The notes under the pieces: generated by a model | The model's database searches: none | What the model saw: the letters and a program-made list of their open reading frames with translations, nothing else | What the model was told of the DNA's origin: nothing | Shown: positions 1 through 11,790 of the stretch, piece by piece | How positions within the stretch are numbered: the first letter of the stretch is position 1 | Layout: the number at the start of each line of letters is the position of its first letter | Made by a program: the position numbers and the translations under genes | Assembly (NCBI GenBank): GCA_013265495.1 | Contig: MU058781.1 | Location: 4,279,050 to 4,343,049 of the forward strand | Origin: Vicugna vicugna | Taxonomy: Eukaryota | Direction of reading: 5' to 3' | DNA length: 64,000 bases

Positions 1-2429
1 GTGTTAACTGCCCCAGCAATGGCATATGGAATTAAACTCGAAAAACCAGGCAAATTGCTCGTTTTCAGAAATCTGCACCCAAACTCCCCAAAGCCCAAGC
101 GCTGGATAGATATGTGTACAAACTCTGACCTGCCAGAGTTAACAGTTTACATCAGCAGCCTATAATAAATAATGAATATGGCCCTAGGAGGGATAAAACC
201 AGTGACATGGTATCTCTCCCCTGGCTCTAAATGGAACTCCAGATAACCTACTTTGAACAGTAATGTGTTCACAGTATGTGGGAATTAACTGCTCAATATA
301 ATAAGTACTATTGAATTTCCCATCTCCATGCAGATAAAGGGCAACTGCCACCAAAAATAAAGTAATAACAGTAACTGAGTGATGAGGGGGAGAAAAAAGA
401 AGAACCCCGTTTTTTTATTACAACCTTAAAATGTTACAGGTTAAAATAATCTTAAAGGGTTTAAAAAACAGCAATTAAATCTTTCCATGTCTGTTTTCCA
501 AGACTGCAGCTGAGAAAACGAGGGCCTAAGAGCCATCCGGCGCTAGCCTTGTTAATAACGCTCTGTGAAAAATCTCATTAATTCAGTCTGGCTCTTCAGA
601 TCAGCCGCTAAATCCTTGTATTGTCACTCATCCTCTGGCCTTTTCAGGATTTCCATAGCCTAACTAGCAGTATCTCCATGGAAACCAAGCAGTCCTGCTT
701 TGCACATCCCGGAACTTTTTGTTCCTGACAAAGCTTGACAAATCACATGCAGCATGGAGAGTTTAACATAGCGAACTAAACCCTGACCCACACTTAGAAA
801 TGATAAACCCAAGCATACCAGCTTTATTATAAATGATTTCCTTACAAGATACTTAACCAAGCCGGTGAAATGTTGAACCAGACAAGTTTCAAGAACAAGG
901 TACTGGGGGGAGATGGGGGGGGAGGCAAATAAATAAATAAGTGGATAAATAAGAACCCCAGGTGTGTTCAGCTGTAGGTTTTGCGATCTGTCTGATTTTG
1001 CGTTTTCTGTCTAATTGACTTAAATTGAAAGCAACCAAAGGAGAAAAGGAGTGAAAAGGATGCTATTTCTGGGTTACTCCTGAGCCTGAGAAATGGCCTT
1101 CCTTTCCCACTCTGAACCAGAAAGGGAAATCCTAAATCCATGCCCCGGTTTTCCCTAACTCCTGCAGAGGATGGGCTGGGCAATCTAACAGGTCTCTAAG
1201 CCTGGCGACCACTTTCTGGCTGCGCAGTCTGGCTCCTCGGAACTGAGGCTCTCAGCTCTGGGAAATGTGAAGGCATTGCCAGTCCTAAAAAGTGGGGCTG
1301 GCCTCGCTGAGGAGGGAGGCTGAATTCTCACCAGGTGACAAAAGATGGGCAGAGGACAGCATTCTCCAGGGTCTGATCTCCCTCAGAAGTGCCAGCGTCC
1401 CCATTCATTCCCACTGTTTACCTGGCAAGCTCCTTTCCCATCCTCCCCTCTCTCAGGCATCCTGTCCAGGGGATGGAGCCAGCTCAGAGCCCTGTCCCCA
1501 GAGAAAGGAGCAGAAGGAAGGTGAATCTGGGGACAGGGCAGCCAGAAGCAGACCAGGACCTTGCAGAGAGGCCACACACGCATCCTTGACTTCAGCTTTC
1601 ACTTCACCAAAGAGTAGGTGTCACAGACCTACCCGAAGGCAGCATCGTGACTTCCAAACCTCTTGCTGAGCCCTAGCCAGGCTGGAGGGGGCGCGGGCCA
1701 GAGAGGCAGCCCTGTAATCTGAAGCAGGAAGGGCCCCTCGTAGCCTCCTCTGTCACATGGCTGCTTCTCTGGCCGCTGATGCTTCCTGAGGGTAGACGGA
1801 GACAAGGACGCCCAAGGACCTGTAGTTACGGGTGCCACAGGAGGGTGAAGGCCACCATTGTCATCAGCCCCTCAATCTCCTGCCTTCCTTTTGTCCTGTG
1901 ATACAGACCAGCAATGGTGAGGTGTGTGACAAGAAAAGGCAGCCCAGGGGTGGTGGAGGGGGGCCTGGGAAATGTCTCAAGGCCTCAACTTGATTCCATC
2001 GCCTTGGTCTGGGCCTTGACTACACTTGGACCCATACTAGGGCTGTCTAAGGGTCTAAGACAAGATTTTCCTTCTTTGGTTCTTCTTGGTTTTGAGACAG
2101 GCGATGTTTTAGAGACACCATACTTGTGGCCTTGGGAATGCTCTGCCTTAACAAAGCAGACAGGACCAGACTGACCTCTGTGTTGGCAGCAATGTCTCCA
2201 CCCTCATGACCCAGGAGCTGGCCAGCACAATGCTACTGGACGTTTACAGCCATGGCCAGTTCTGGACACACTGTACGTGTTCTGCAAATATTTGCTGAGT
2301 AGCTGAGTTGGTGCCCGTAAGATCCCACCGTTCCCTCTGATCCTTCAAAGAAGAGAAAACTTCAGCTTTCAGAGAACTTCACTGCCTTTGAAAGCTGAGA
2401 AGCCACACAGTGATTGATAACAACAGCGA

Positions 2430-2672
2430 TGGTAACAGCAGCTGGCTCCTCTCAAGGCCTTACTCTGTAAGGCCGGGCATTCTTCCGAGTGTTTCCCACA
2501 TAATAGCTCCTTTAATCCCCACGACTGTCATCTGGAGAAGATGCTAATAATATGCTCGTGTTGTTAACTTCATTTTATCCGTGGAAATACTGAGACACAA
2601 GAGCTTAACTAACTTGCTCAGGTTCACAAAGCTGGTTAGTGGAAGGACAGGGCTTTGAATCCAGGCACATTG
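2430..2672 (-). mobile_element. MIR SINE
   Basis: Reverse-orientation MIR core and tail: tttaatccccac...cattttatccgtggaaatactgagacac...aacttgctcaggttcacaaagctggttagtgg...ttgaatccaggc. Confidence 0.85.
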
Positions 2673-2737
2673 TACTTTCGGCTGTCTTGTTTCATCATCA
2701 ATGCTAAGTGCCCCAAACCAGAACGATCTGCTAATTA

Positions 2738-2962
2738 CAACAGCCAACAGCTACTCAGTGTTTGCTACGTGCCAGGCCCCATTCTGGCTCGCTTCCCCTT
2801 CACGACACTCCTTCAGGGCTGTGCTCGGAGGTGGATGCTACTATTAGCGTCAGTTTACGGATGAGGAAACTGAGACGCGCAGAGTTTAAATAACTCACTC
2901 AAAGTCCTGTAACTACTAAATGACAGAACCAGATTCAAACCCAAGCAGCATGGTTCTAGAAG
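2738..2962 (-). mobile_element. MIR SINE (second copy, tandem to the previous one)
   Basis: ctacgtgccaggc...tttacggatgaggaaactgagacgcgcagagtttaaataactcactcaaagtc...gattcaaacccaagcag. Confidence 0.85.
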
Positions 2963-3978
2963 CTTCTGTCAGCCAGGATCCCCCCATTTCTCTGGTCATT
3001 CCTGGCAAGATGGAAAACAATATTCCACGGAACCATTATTCCAGGCAAATATTTGATTCCTGAATGGCCCCACTCAGCCCACCAGACCACCCAGGGATGA
3101 TTATATTTTTATTTCCAAGGCTTCCTTTCAAACTGCTTTTTTAAGAGTTTCCGCAAACAAACTGAGGCCCAGGAGTGAGCCTGTGAGAAGGACTGCCCTA
3201 TTCCCTAGTCCTAAAGGGCCACACCGGAGCAGACACAGCATCTCGTCCCCTCCCGGGGAACCCGGGCTCAGAAAGGTGCCGCCCACCACTGGCGCACAGG
3301 ATGGTCAGGGAGTTCAGCTGAGTCCAGCTCCTGGCACAGACTCTGGGAGATCAGACAGCACTCATGGGATAGAGGGACACTGCCAATGCTTAGGGACCTA
3401 AAATTAGACCTACCAGCTGTGTTTTGGTTTTGCAGGCACGTGCATGTCTGCTCCATTCTTGAACACGCCGGGTGTTGAAATATATATGAAACCTGCTCTC
3501 TGAAGCCCAGGGAAAGCATGAAATTCTTGCACCTTTTCTTTAATTTATTGTTTCTCTTCTGAGGCCCCCTAACTCCTCTATTGCCTGGGGACTGACACTT
3601 CCTCCCCCACCATTTGCTCCACTGGGCTGCTACCTCCAAAGAGTGTGTCAACACCCACCCCCCCTTAAGAAACCCAGCCGGTCTCTCTGGAGACTGAGCA
3701 CAGAGCATGTGATTCCACTCGAAGTCCAGGTGCTCTGCTTCCTGGGTCCCAGCCTCTTCTGGAATATACAGCTTGCCCAACTTAGCAAAAGGGGCCCAAG
3801 GCTGAGCCCCAGGGGGTCCAAGAGATGGCTCTTGGCCTGGGAGTGAGTAGGGCTGGGGTGTGGCTGTGAGACACGGGGTAGGGGGCCAGGAACCCACATC
3901 CCGTGAGGACGATCCCAGCAAGGGCAAACCAAGCACTGGGGAAGGTCAAAGGCGGGTCCGAGAGAGCAGGCAGGCACC

Positions 3979-4548
3979 CAGAGTCTATTCAGGCTGCCCT
4001 AATAAAAGTACCACAGATCGGGTGCATTATAAACAGCAGAAATTTACTTCTCACAGTTCTAAAGGGTGGGAAGTCCAAGATCAAGGTGCTGGCAGATTGA
4101 GTGCGTGGGAAAGCCTACTGGCTGTCTGGCTCGCAGATGGCCGTCTGTTCCTTGTGTCCTCACGTGTTGGAGGAGGTGAAGCTGCTCTCTTCGGTCGCTT
4201 TCTTGTAGGGCACTAATTCCACTTAAGAGGGCTCCGCTCTCACGACCTAATCACCTCCTAACCACCCCCCCCCCCCCCCCCCCCAATACCCTCCACTCTG
4301 CGGGCAGGGTTCAAAAAATNNNNNNNNNNNNNNNNNNNNNNNNNNNNNNNNNNNNNNNNNNNNNNNNNNNNNNNNNNNNNNNNNNNNNNNNNNNNNNNNN
4401 NNNNNNNNNNNNNNNNNNNNNNNNNNNNNNNNNNNNNNNNNNNNNNNNNNNNNNCCCCCCCCCCCCCCCGCCTCTTAATACCATCACCTTGGAGGTTAGG
4501 ATTTCAACATATGATTTGGGAAGGGACATAAACATTCAGACCATATCA
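3979..4548 (-). mobile_element. MLT1A0-like ERVL-MaLR solo LTR spanning the N gap
   Basis: aaacagcagaaatttacttctcacagttct...gggaagtccaagatcaaggtgctggcag and terminal gacataaacattcagaccatatca; candidate TSD gcacc at 3974-3978 and 4549-4553. Confidence 0.85.
4320..4454. other. Assembly gap (135 N) next to poly-C tracts
   Basis: Run of N in the sequence, with C homopolymers on both sides. Confidence 0.99.
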
Positions 4549-4667
4549 GCACCCAAAACGAAAGAGTCAGCAACAGAGATCCAGTAGGAAGAGCCAGGAT
4601 GAAAAGATAGTACCTAGAAATATTCCTAGAGGAATCTGACCCAAGAGAGGGAGAATTTTCTGTAGCA

Positions 4668-4862
4668 AGATGGTCCCACAGAACTTTCTGTGATGATGGA
4701 AACATTCTACAGCTACACTAGCCTGTGAGGTGGCCGCCAGCCACACATGGCAATTAAGGACGCAAAACGTGGCTTGTGTGACTGAAGAACTGAATATTAA
4801 ATGTAATACATTGACATTTAAATGGCCCCATGTGGCTAGTGGCTGCCATAGGGGACAGTGCC
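4668..4862 (+). mobile_element. MER3 hAT-Charlie MITE
   Basis: agaactttctgtgatgatggaaacattcta...gccacacatggc...gtgactgaagaactgaat...catgtggctagtggctgccataggggacagtg. Confidence 0.85.
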
Positions 4863-5264
4863 TTGGGGAGAGGAAGATGCTTGGCCAGTGTGCATGTGAA
4901 ACACCGCAGATTGGTATCAATGCATCAATGCCTGGGACAACTTGAGGTTTTCCATCCCAGAGCTCCGTCTCCACGCAGGGCCACCCTAACTCATTCCACA
5001 TGGGGCTGGCTTTCTCACCCCCTTCCTGGGGCCCTCCTGGGAAGATGTGCCCATTTTCCCTCTAGAGCCCTTTCCAGAACATGACAGCCCTTGCTGTATA
5101 GGAGGTCCCTCCTAGCCTGAACTAAATTTTACCTGTTAAGTGTGAGCCCGTTTCCCTTAGTGTAGTCGCTCTTCCAAGCAGTCCTTCCTGCCTCTGGGCC
5201 ATATTCTCGTGCTGGTGCCAACCCCATTCTCCTCTGCCTGCTGTCCCTTCTCAAACCCACCGCC

Positions 5265-5655
5265 TCCACCACTCTATTCCAGACTTCATCACCTCTCACC
5301 TGGACCGCGGCAGCCTCCTAACTCAGTCCTCTGCTCAACATGGACCTCGTACAACCATCTGTGCACAGAGCAGTCCAGACGATCTTTGAAAAACGTGAAC
5401 TGGGACCTCTCACTCTGCTGTGTGAAAGCGCTCTGGGGCTTCCCCTTGCACGAGTCGGTTTCTGCTGACCTCTCCATCACATCTCCCATGGCTCCCCCTG
5501 TCGCCTCCCCTCAGTTCCTTCCTATTGTGTCACCCTGGCACTTAACTCTCTATACACCCCTGAGGGGAGGGGACTGTCTCCTGTGTTCACAGCTAAGGAC
5601 GCAGTACTTATATAGTATATACAAGGTACTTAATAAAGACTCATTGAATGAATGA
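5265..5655 (+). mobile_element. L2 LINE 3' fragments
   Basis: catcacctctcacctggac...agcctcctaact...gatctttgaaaaac and the L2 terminus ggactgtctcctgtgttcacag...aataaagactcattgaatgaatga. Confidence 0.7.
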
Positions 5656-6626
5656 GTGGTGAGTGAATTCTGGGGTGGTGCACTAGGGCCATGAGAAGTG
5701 CATATATTACTAATGTGTCACTACCACCAACAGTAAGAATGTCGTACATCCCTTCAAAGTACTCAATGTGCTTGAAAGACATTTTCGCATTGATCCTGAA
5801 ATTAAAATGAAATATGTGTGTCTTAAAGGCTGAGCCATAAACCAGGAAGGACATATAATATCTCAAGCCTGTGACTCCCTCTCCCCCAAAACAGTATCTT
5901 GGACTTAGGTCTCAAAACGTGCCAGGTAGCTCTTTCCCAGCCAAAGTGCCGTTTTGGAACTAAAGTCTTCATAAAGAAAACAGAGTTTAGAGTTTGGGCA
6001 GCAAGGTCTCAAGTGAACCTACTAAAACCTTATACAACTTTTTAGTAAAATAAAACAATAAAGATAGCACAATAAGTCAGTAGGTTGTGGTTGGTGTTTT
6101 CAGTTCTTAAATGAGAATATGGTCCAGATACAATTTTCAAATTTTCATTACACTTCCTCACTCACTCCAGACCCTGCATAATTTTCATGTCCCACAGTTT
6201 CAGTGATGCCATCGCCACAAAAGTTGCTTTTGTTCTGTATCTGCCCAAACACTTCATCTTTCTGACCTTGAGTCTTGAGGCTGTGGATGTCCACCAGCCA
6301 GTTCCCATCCCTCAGGGCTCACTGTGGTCACAAACAGAAAGTCATCTGCTTGATCGAGGTGGATACATTTTGCGAAGCCTTCAATTAAAAACAGCTCATG
6401 ATTCCACAGAGGGGTTTTCCAACCCCGCCTTGGAACACGGAGTTCCAGGGCCTCAGCTGTGCCCATGACAACCTGGCACTCGGTCACGGCAGAGGATGGC
6501 GGAACACTTCACCCAGCTCTGCCCGGCGCTGCTCCGCAGAGGAGCCTTCAGCCCAGCAGACCTCGGAGTCTCACACGGAGGCCCCGGTTCACTGCCCTCA
6601 CCCTCTGCTGCCTCCCCCAGTGCCGG

Positions 6627-6990
6627 TGTGATGTGCTGAGCTATGTCTCCTGCGGACTCGCAAGTCCTATGCTGAGTACGTAGGAATGTAACTCTATTTG
6701 GAGAAAGAGCCTTTACAGAAGTAAGTAAGGTAAAATGAGGTCAGATGGGTGGGCCTCAATCCTTTACGTCTGGTGTCTTTACAGGAAGAGATTAGGATAC
6801 AGACACACACACAGGTAAGACCATGTGAAGACACAGGGAGAAGACAGACGTCTACAAGCCAAGGAGAGCAGCCTTAGGAGGCGCCGTGATCTCAGGCTTC
6901 TGACCTCCAGAACCGAAGGGAATAGATTTCTGTTGCTCGAGCCTCCAGCTCTGGGGCACTTTGTTACGGCAGCGTCAGCAGATGAAGACA
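6627..6990 (+). mobile_element. MLT1B-like MaLR solo LTR
   Basis: TG...CA termini; gaatgtaactctatttggagaaagagcctttacagaagtaagtaaggtaaaatgaggtc...ccatgtgaagacacagggagaagacagacgtctacaagccaaggaga. Confidence 0.85.
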
Positions 6991-8399
6991 ACCAGGTCAC
7001 AGAATCCTCTCTCCTCGGCCCTGCTCTTGACTTAGCCTGCCCTGGCCTTCCCCTGCCCCCAGCTCCTTCTTCAGATGGGTTTTAGCAGGAACAACCAGAT
7101 ATTGGAGGATAATCAAATTAAAATCCTCAGACATGAAAAAGGAATATTAGGGGAAAAATAATCCACACCTGCTAGAACTTCCCGTAAGGGGGATTTGCTG
7201 TTGGAGCAGGGAATGGCCAACTGAAAGGGCCCTGGAGGCATATCCAAGCTACTTTCTCTATGAATTTAGCATTGGTCTCTGGATAAGCCTGGATGAGATC
7301 AGAGTCATTCTATGGGATGACCCCATGGGCCAGGGGCTGTGGAGTCTCTTTGAGGGTTAGATTGTCTGGAGGGAAGGGAGACGCGTGAGAAGGAGGCTTT
7401 GTACGTGGGGATCCGTGGGAAGAGAGAAAACACAGGAGGAGCAGAGGGGGTCTGACACCACATTCATCTGAACTTCTGTAGAGAGATGGGTCGGGGGCAG
7501 CGGGATGTCTCCCTGAGGGACTCTGTTTCAGAGCCCAGGTGACAGGTGGCCGCCAGGGTGCAGTTTCCCCATCTCTGCTGTGGCAGGACTGAGAGCAGCA
7601 GTGCCACCTCGGCAGAGCCCGCATTTCCAGCTGTGAGGATTCCAGGAGACAGTAGCTGGGGCGGAATCTGGAAGAGCCCGTGGCAGTTCACAGGCTCACG
7701 AGGGCGGCGGCGAGGGTGCTTCGCCAGGCAGGGGTGGCCGGGGAGGCTGGAGCTCCAGAGGGCACACACACAGGCTGTCTGTCATAGCGGTGCCAGCGGA
7801 GTCGCAGGTGCTGCGGGGATTTTCACAAAACGTTGGTGCCACCTGAGGGAATCCAGGCCCTCAGGTTCAGCTCGTGCTGAACGTCCGGGTGACAGTCTCG
7901 CTATGAGTTGGGATGTTCCTCTGCTGCTGCACCAGTGACTCCTTTCAGGGGCTTATGCAGTAATACATACACGACATTACTCATGCCTTGGATTAAGGAG
8001 ACTGTGTTTTGATTAATCAAAAAGGCAGAGAAACATCAGAGAACTACATCCCACTCGGGAAATGGCCTGTTTCTTCTGTCTTGCTCAAATCGGTACTAAT
8101 GAACCCCAACAGGTGTAAATGAGTTGTAGGGGTCCCGGAATTTGATTTAGGTGCATCTGACCTTGAACAGGCTTCCACATTACGGACCTCAAAATATTGG
8201 TTTTTACTGAGGCCACAATGTTCCCTTCACGGCTTCACTCGCTTTCCTGCCCAATCTAGGATCTAAGGTCTACGGCGCCAACTGCCTCTAATGTCCCCCC
8301 TCCCCCACTTCCATGAGTCCTGCTCAGCAGACACAACCCTGAGACCAACCTAGCCGTCCATCACTTCCGTGCCTGTGGCTGCACTGCTGGGCTCTCCTT

Positions 8400-8890
8400 G
8401 AGTCCATGCCCCTCTTTCCTCCCAGAAAGTGGCTCCTCTAGTCATTCTGTGTTTTCAACCCTTCCCTCTCCAGTGGCTCCTATTCCAGTCGACAAACATG
8501 CTCAGAACTCTCCCTTTTTAAGAAAATCATCAACTTACCATTAGCTGCAGCTTATATCTCCTCTCCCCTTAACGCCCACGCCCATCAGAAAGTCAGTCTG
8601 CATCGCACCCCCTCACCTCTGACCGGGACATTGTGCAGTCCTGGCCCACCCCCTACCCTCCGCGGAACCCACCTTGCTCAGACAAAGGTTACTGGGGGTA
8701 AACTTTGTATTATAAATCCAACAGAATGCTTTTTCAGGGCACATTTTACTTTTTCTTTCTGAAATATTTGGCTCTGTTAACTATCTACGTCCCAACACAC
8801 ATATCCATTAAAAAAAAATGAAATTCCCCCTTTCTTTGTACTTTTTAAAATTTGACTTCCATAATGCTGTTCTCTCCTGCAATGTCCTTC
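8400..8890 (+). mobile_element. L2 LINE internal fragment
   Basis: ccctctccagtggctcctattcc...acaaacatgctcagaactctccctttt and aaatccaacagaatgctttttcag...tttgacttccataatgctgttctctcctg resemble the L2 ORF2 region. Confidence 0.6.
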
Positions 8891-9259
8891 AGACTCTTGC
8901 TTCCAGGCAAATCCTGCCTTATCTCTCCACATTCAGGTCAGGTATCCTATTGAATTCTTTCCTGATCCTTCCAGATAACAATGGCCACTTCCTGCCTCCC
9001 ATCACTCAGCACAGACTTCCTAGAATCCCATAATACACCACGGATTGCATCTTTAAGCCCTTTGATGGAAACGACGGTAGGATACTTGCACAATCCAGAT
9101 GCTCGCAAATGCACAGAAATGAAAACAACTGTGCACAAGCTGAACACGACACACTCAGGCTAGGCTTCGCCGTCAGGTTGCTGATTCACACCCCCTGAGC
9201 TAGAAGAACGTGTCCACAACAGTTCGGAGTAGACACGGTGTCATTCAAAAGGTGGAACC

Positions 9260-9525
9260 GTTAGCTTTATTCCTTTGATAACTTTGTAAGTTTAAAAAGC
9301 TAGAGATCTAATCCATTCTTAGAAACAATAATTAGTACATATATGAAAACTAAAAAAAGCACAGTACACTGTATATATGTATCTACATGCAGTATAATGT
9401 GTATGTGCAGTCAAACTGTAATAATTCTACATAATAAAACTCAAAAAGGGGGGGGGATGTTACCAATTAAAAATTTCATGAAGTCCATAAAAAAACAAAG
9501 ACAAAAACAAAAACAAAAAAAAAAC
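9260..9525 (+). pseudogene. Short L1-mediated retro-insertion of a non-TE, 3'UTR-like sequence
   Basis: 13-bp TSD aaaaggtggaacc (9247-9259 and 9526-9538), ATTAAA at 9466-9471, A-rich tail 9489-9525, TC/AAAA endonuclease-type site; source gene not recognised. Confidence 0.75.
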
Positions 9526-9953
9526 AAAAGGTGGAACCTAAGAGTCCAAAAGATTAGTCACAGGTGCTAACTTTTCCCCTGGGGAGTGCTGTGAGCAGAG
9601 GGGTCCAGGAAAACACTTCCTGAAGCGTGTGCCATGAAAAAAAATTGTGCCATGTATAGAAACCAGGGTAGTTTTTTAAGAAGTGGTGGCGATCGAATAT
9701 GTTAGAACACATTGGGCGAAAGACAGCAGAGGTATGTTCTTCTGCCATGAGCCGTATGCATCCTGCCTCTCCGGGTCCCCGTGCAAGTCTGACTTGAGAC
9801 ACACGAGGTTTGGAACTGAATGAATTACAGTTAAACTCAGGTTCAACTGAGAAATTACTGTGGTTCTAAATTTAGTTCTTTTGGACAAAATTGGTTAAAG
9901 AAAATGCGTTGGTAATAGTTCCAGTTTGAACTGGTTCCATGTGTGCGTGCCTG

Positions 9954-9971
9954 CACACACACGTGTGTGTG
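9954..9971. repeat. Perfect 18-bp palindrome cacacacacgtgtgtgtg
   Basis: Read directly from the sequence. Confidence 0.9.
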
Positions 9972-10129
9972 GTTTGTTTACTGGGGGGAAAGATTATATT
10001 TTATGATTCAATCAAAATTAATGGATGATGAGCACGATCACTTGAGCATATGAAGTCCATATATTTTCATCTGCAGGAGCCTAGCTCCTCGCTGCACTGC
10101 GGCTCCCAAATCCAGAGCACGGTCTGGCA

Positions 10130-11790
10130 GGCACACACCAGGTGTCTTCCACTGGATAGAGAAGTTACTCCCACCTATGGCCGGGAGGTTTACTGTCCTA
10201 AGGAAGGAAGCAGATGTGGCCGAAAAGGAGTTCCAGATGGAGGTGGAAATTCCATCCGATCCCCTGGTGCAGGAAGAGGAGAGGCAGAGGGGCTGGAGCA
10301 GAGGGTCGAGGGGTACATCCTGACTCACCAGCCAGGGCCTGTGCGGAGGCCCCAGTCAGAGCATCTGGCTCCCTGCTCCATCTCTGGAATTCCACCAGGG
10401 ACTGTCCCACGGAATGAGCCTGTGGCCACACAAGCCTGCTGAATGAAAGTGACAAATGTGGTGTGGTGCCGTTAGAGCGAAAGCCAGAGGTAATGTTTCG
10501 GAGCCTCCCTCAGTGCTCATGCATCATGGAAGGATCCAGAAGAAAACAGGGAGCCAAAGGAGCTGCCTGACAATCTGCCAGGAAGGTTGTCATTGCCACA
10601 GCAAAATGATCAGAAGCCCCTGGTGCTGCCTGGCAGAACTTCTGGGCCAGAGAGTGATCAGGAAGGACAAGCTGAGCCCCAGGGAGGGGTCTGTCTGCAG
10701 TGCTGGCCAGAGCTGAAAGAGCAGAACAAATCACGGAGAGCCCCTGACCCTGCCGGAGCCAGGAGAACAGACCGCACAGAAGGCACTTAAAGAGTCTCTG
10801 TCAGCAGAGACCAGATCTAACCAGTACGCCATCCCTACCCCGATCATCAAAGAGACCAGAAGGACCCCAAAGATACCCCCTGGCCCAGGACTCCTCTCCT
10901 TCACCAGCAAGGTCACACCAGTTCCTGGTCCTACACACCAGACACCAGGGAAAGAAGAGAATCAGGAAGAGGCCAGAAGATGTGCTAGTTAGCTGTTATT
11001 GCATAACAAAGTACTTCAAAATCTGGAGACTTAAAAAACAATACATTTTCATTATTCTGAGGCTTTAAAAATGATAAAATGTTATCATTTCTCACAGGAA
11101 TTGGAGAGTGGTTTCACTGGATGGTCCGGGCTTGGGGTCCCTCACGCGGTTATGGTCAAGATGTTGGCCAGAGTGAGTGTTATCTGGCGGCTTGACTGAG
11201 ACTAGAGGATCCACTTGCAAGACGGCTTGTCTGGAAAGTTGGTGCTGGTTGCTGATGGGAAGCCACCGTTTCTTGGGCGGCTTGGGGACGTTCATGGCGT
11301 GGCCACGGGCGGCCCTCCGGAGAGAGGGATCCAGAACAGCGAGGCAGAAGCAGCCATGTTTTAAGCGGCTTTGCTTCAGAAGCCACACACTGGGACTTCT
11401 GTCATACTCCACTGGTCACAGAGAACAGCCCGGGTGCGGGCGGAAGGGGACTACACAGGAGTGCGAACACGAGGAGGTGAGGAGGCCTGGAGGCCATCGT
11501 GAAGGCTGGCTACCCCAGTCAGGAGTTTCTTTCTGAACTGAGCAAATAACCACCAGCAAAGTGATTGACTTTAACCAGAAGAGACTGGAAAGTTCCTGGA
11601 TGGGTCTGAAGTTCAGATGAAGAGACTATTATGCCTTAAGCAAAGGAACTTTCCAAGTTTCCTGGTCTATCCATAATGGTGGGGCCTGAGAAGCAAAGCT
11701 GATTATCAGTTATCTGGAGAAGAAAAAAGAAAAGAAAAGAAAAACTTTGCCCAGTGCTGAGCTGTGACTAGCTAAGTAAATCTTCTGTAA
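10130..11790 (+). mobile_element. MamGypLTR1-like Gypsy LTR, interrupted by MLT1F
   Basis: ccagatggaggtggaaattccatccgatcccctggtgcaggaagaggagaggcagaggggctgg...cctgactcacc (about 10232-10329) and ttaaccagaagagactg (about 11571) match the recalled MamGypLTR1 consensus; ends approximate. Confidence 0.65.
10981..11517 (-). mobile_element. MLT1F-like MaLR solo LTR
   Basis: tagttagctgttattgcataacaaa...cttgactgagactagaggatccacttgcaagacggc...aagttggtgctggttgctg...aggggactacacaggagtgcgaacac...ggccatcgtgaaggctggctacc. Confidence 0.85.

Noticed and set aside
3268..3936. Longest ORF (222 aa, minus strand)
   Set aside because: Non-ATG start, no recognisable domain, and overlapping ORFs in other frames; typical chance ORF in GC-rich DNA
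7547..7565. CTCF-like ccgccagggtgcag
   Set aside because: Mismatch at a core G; single weak motif
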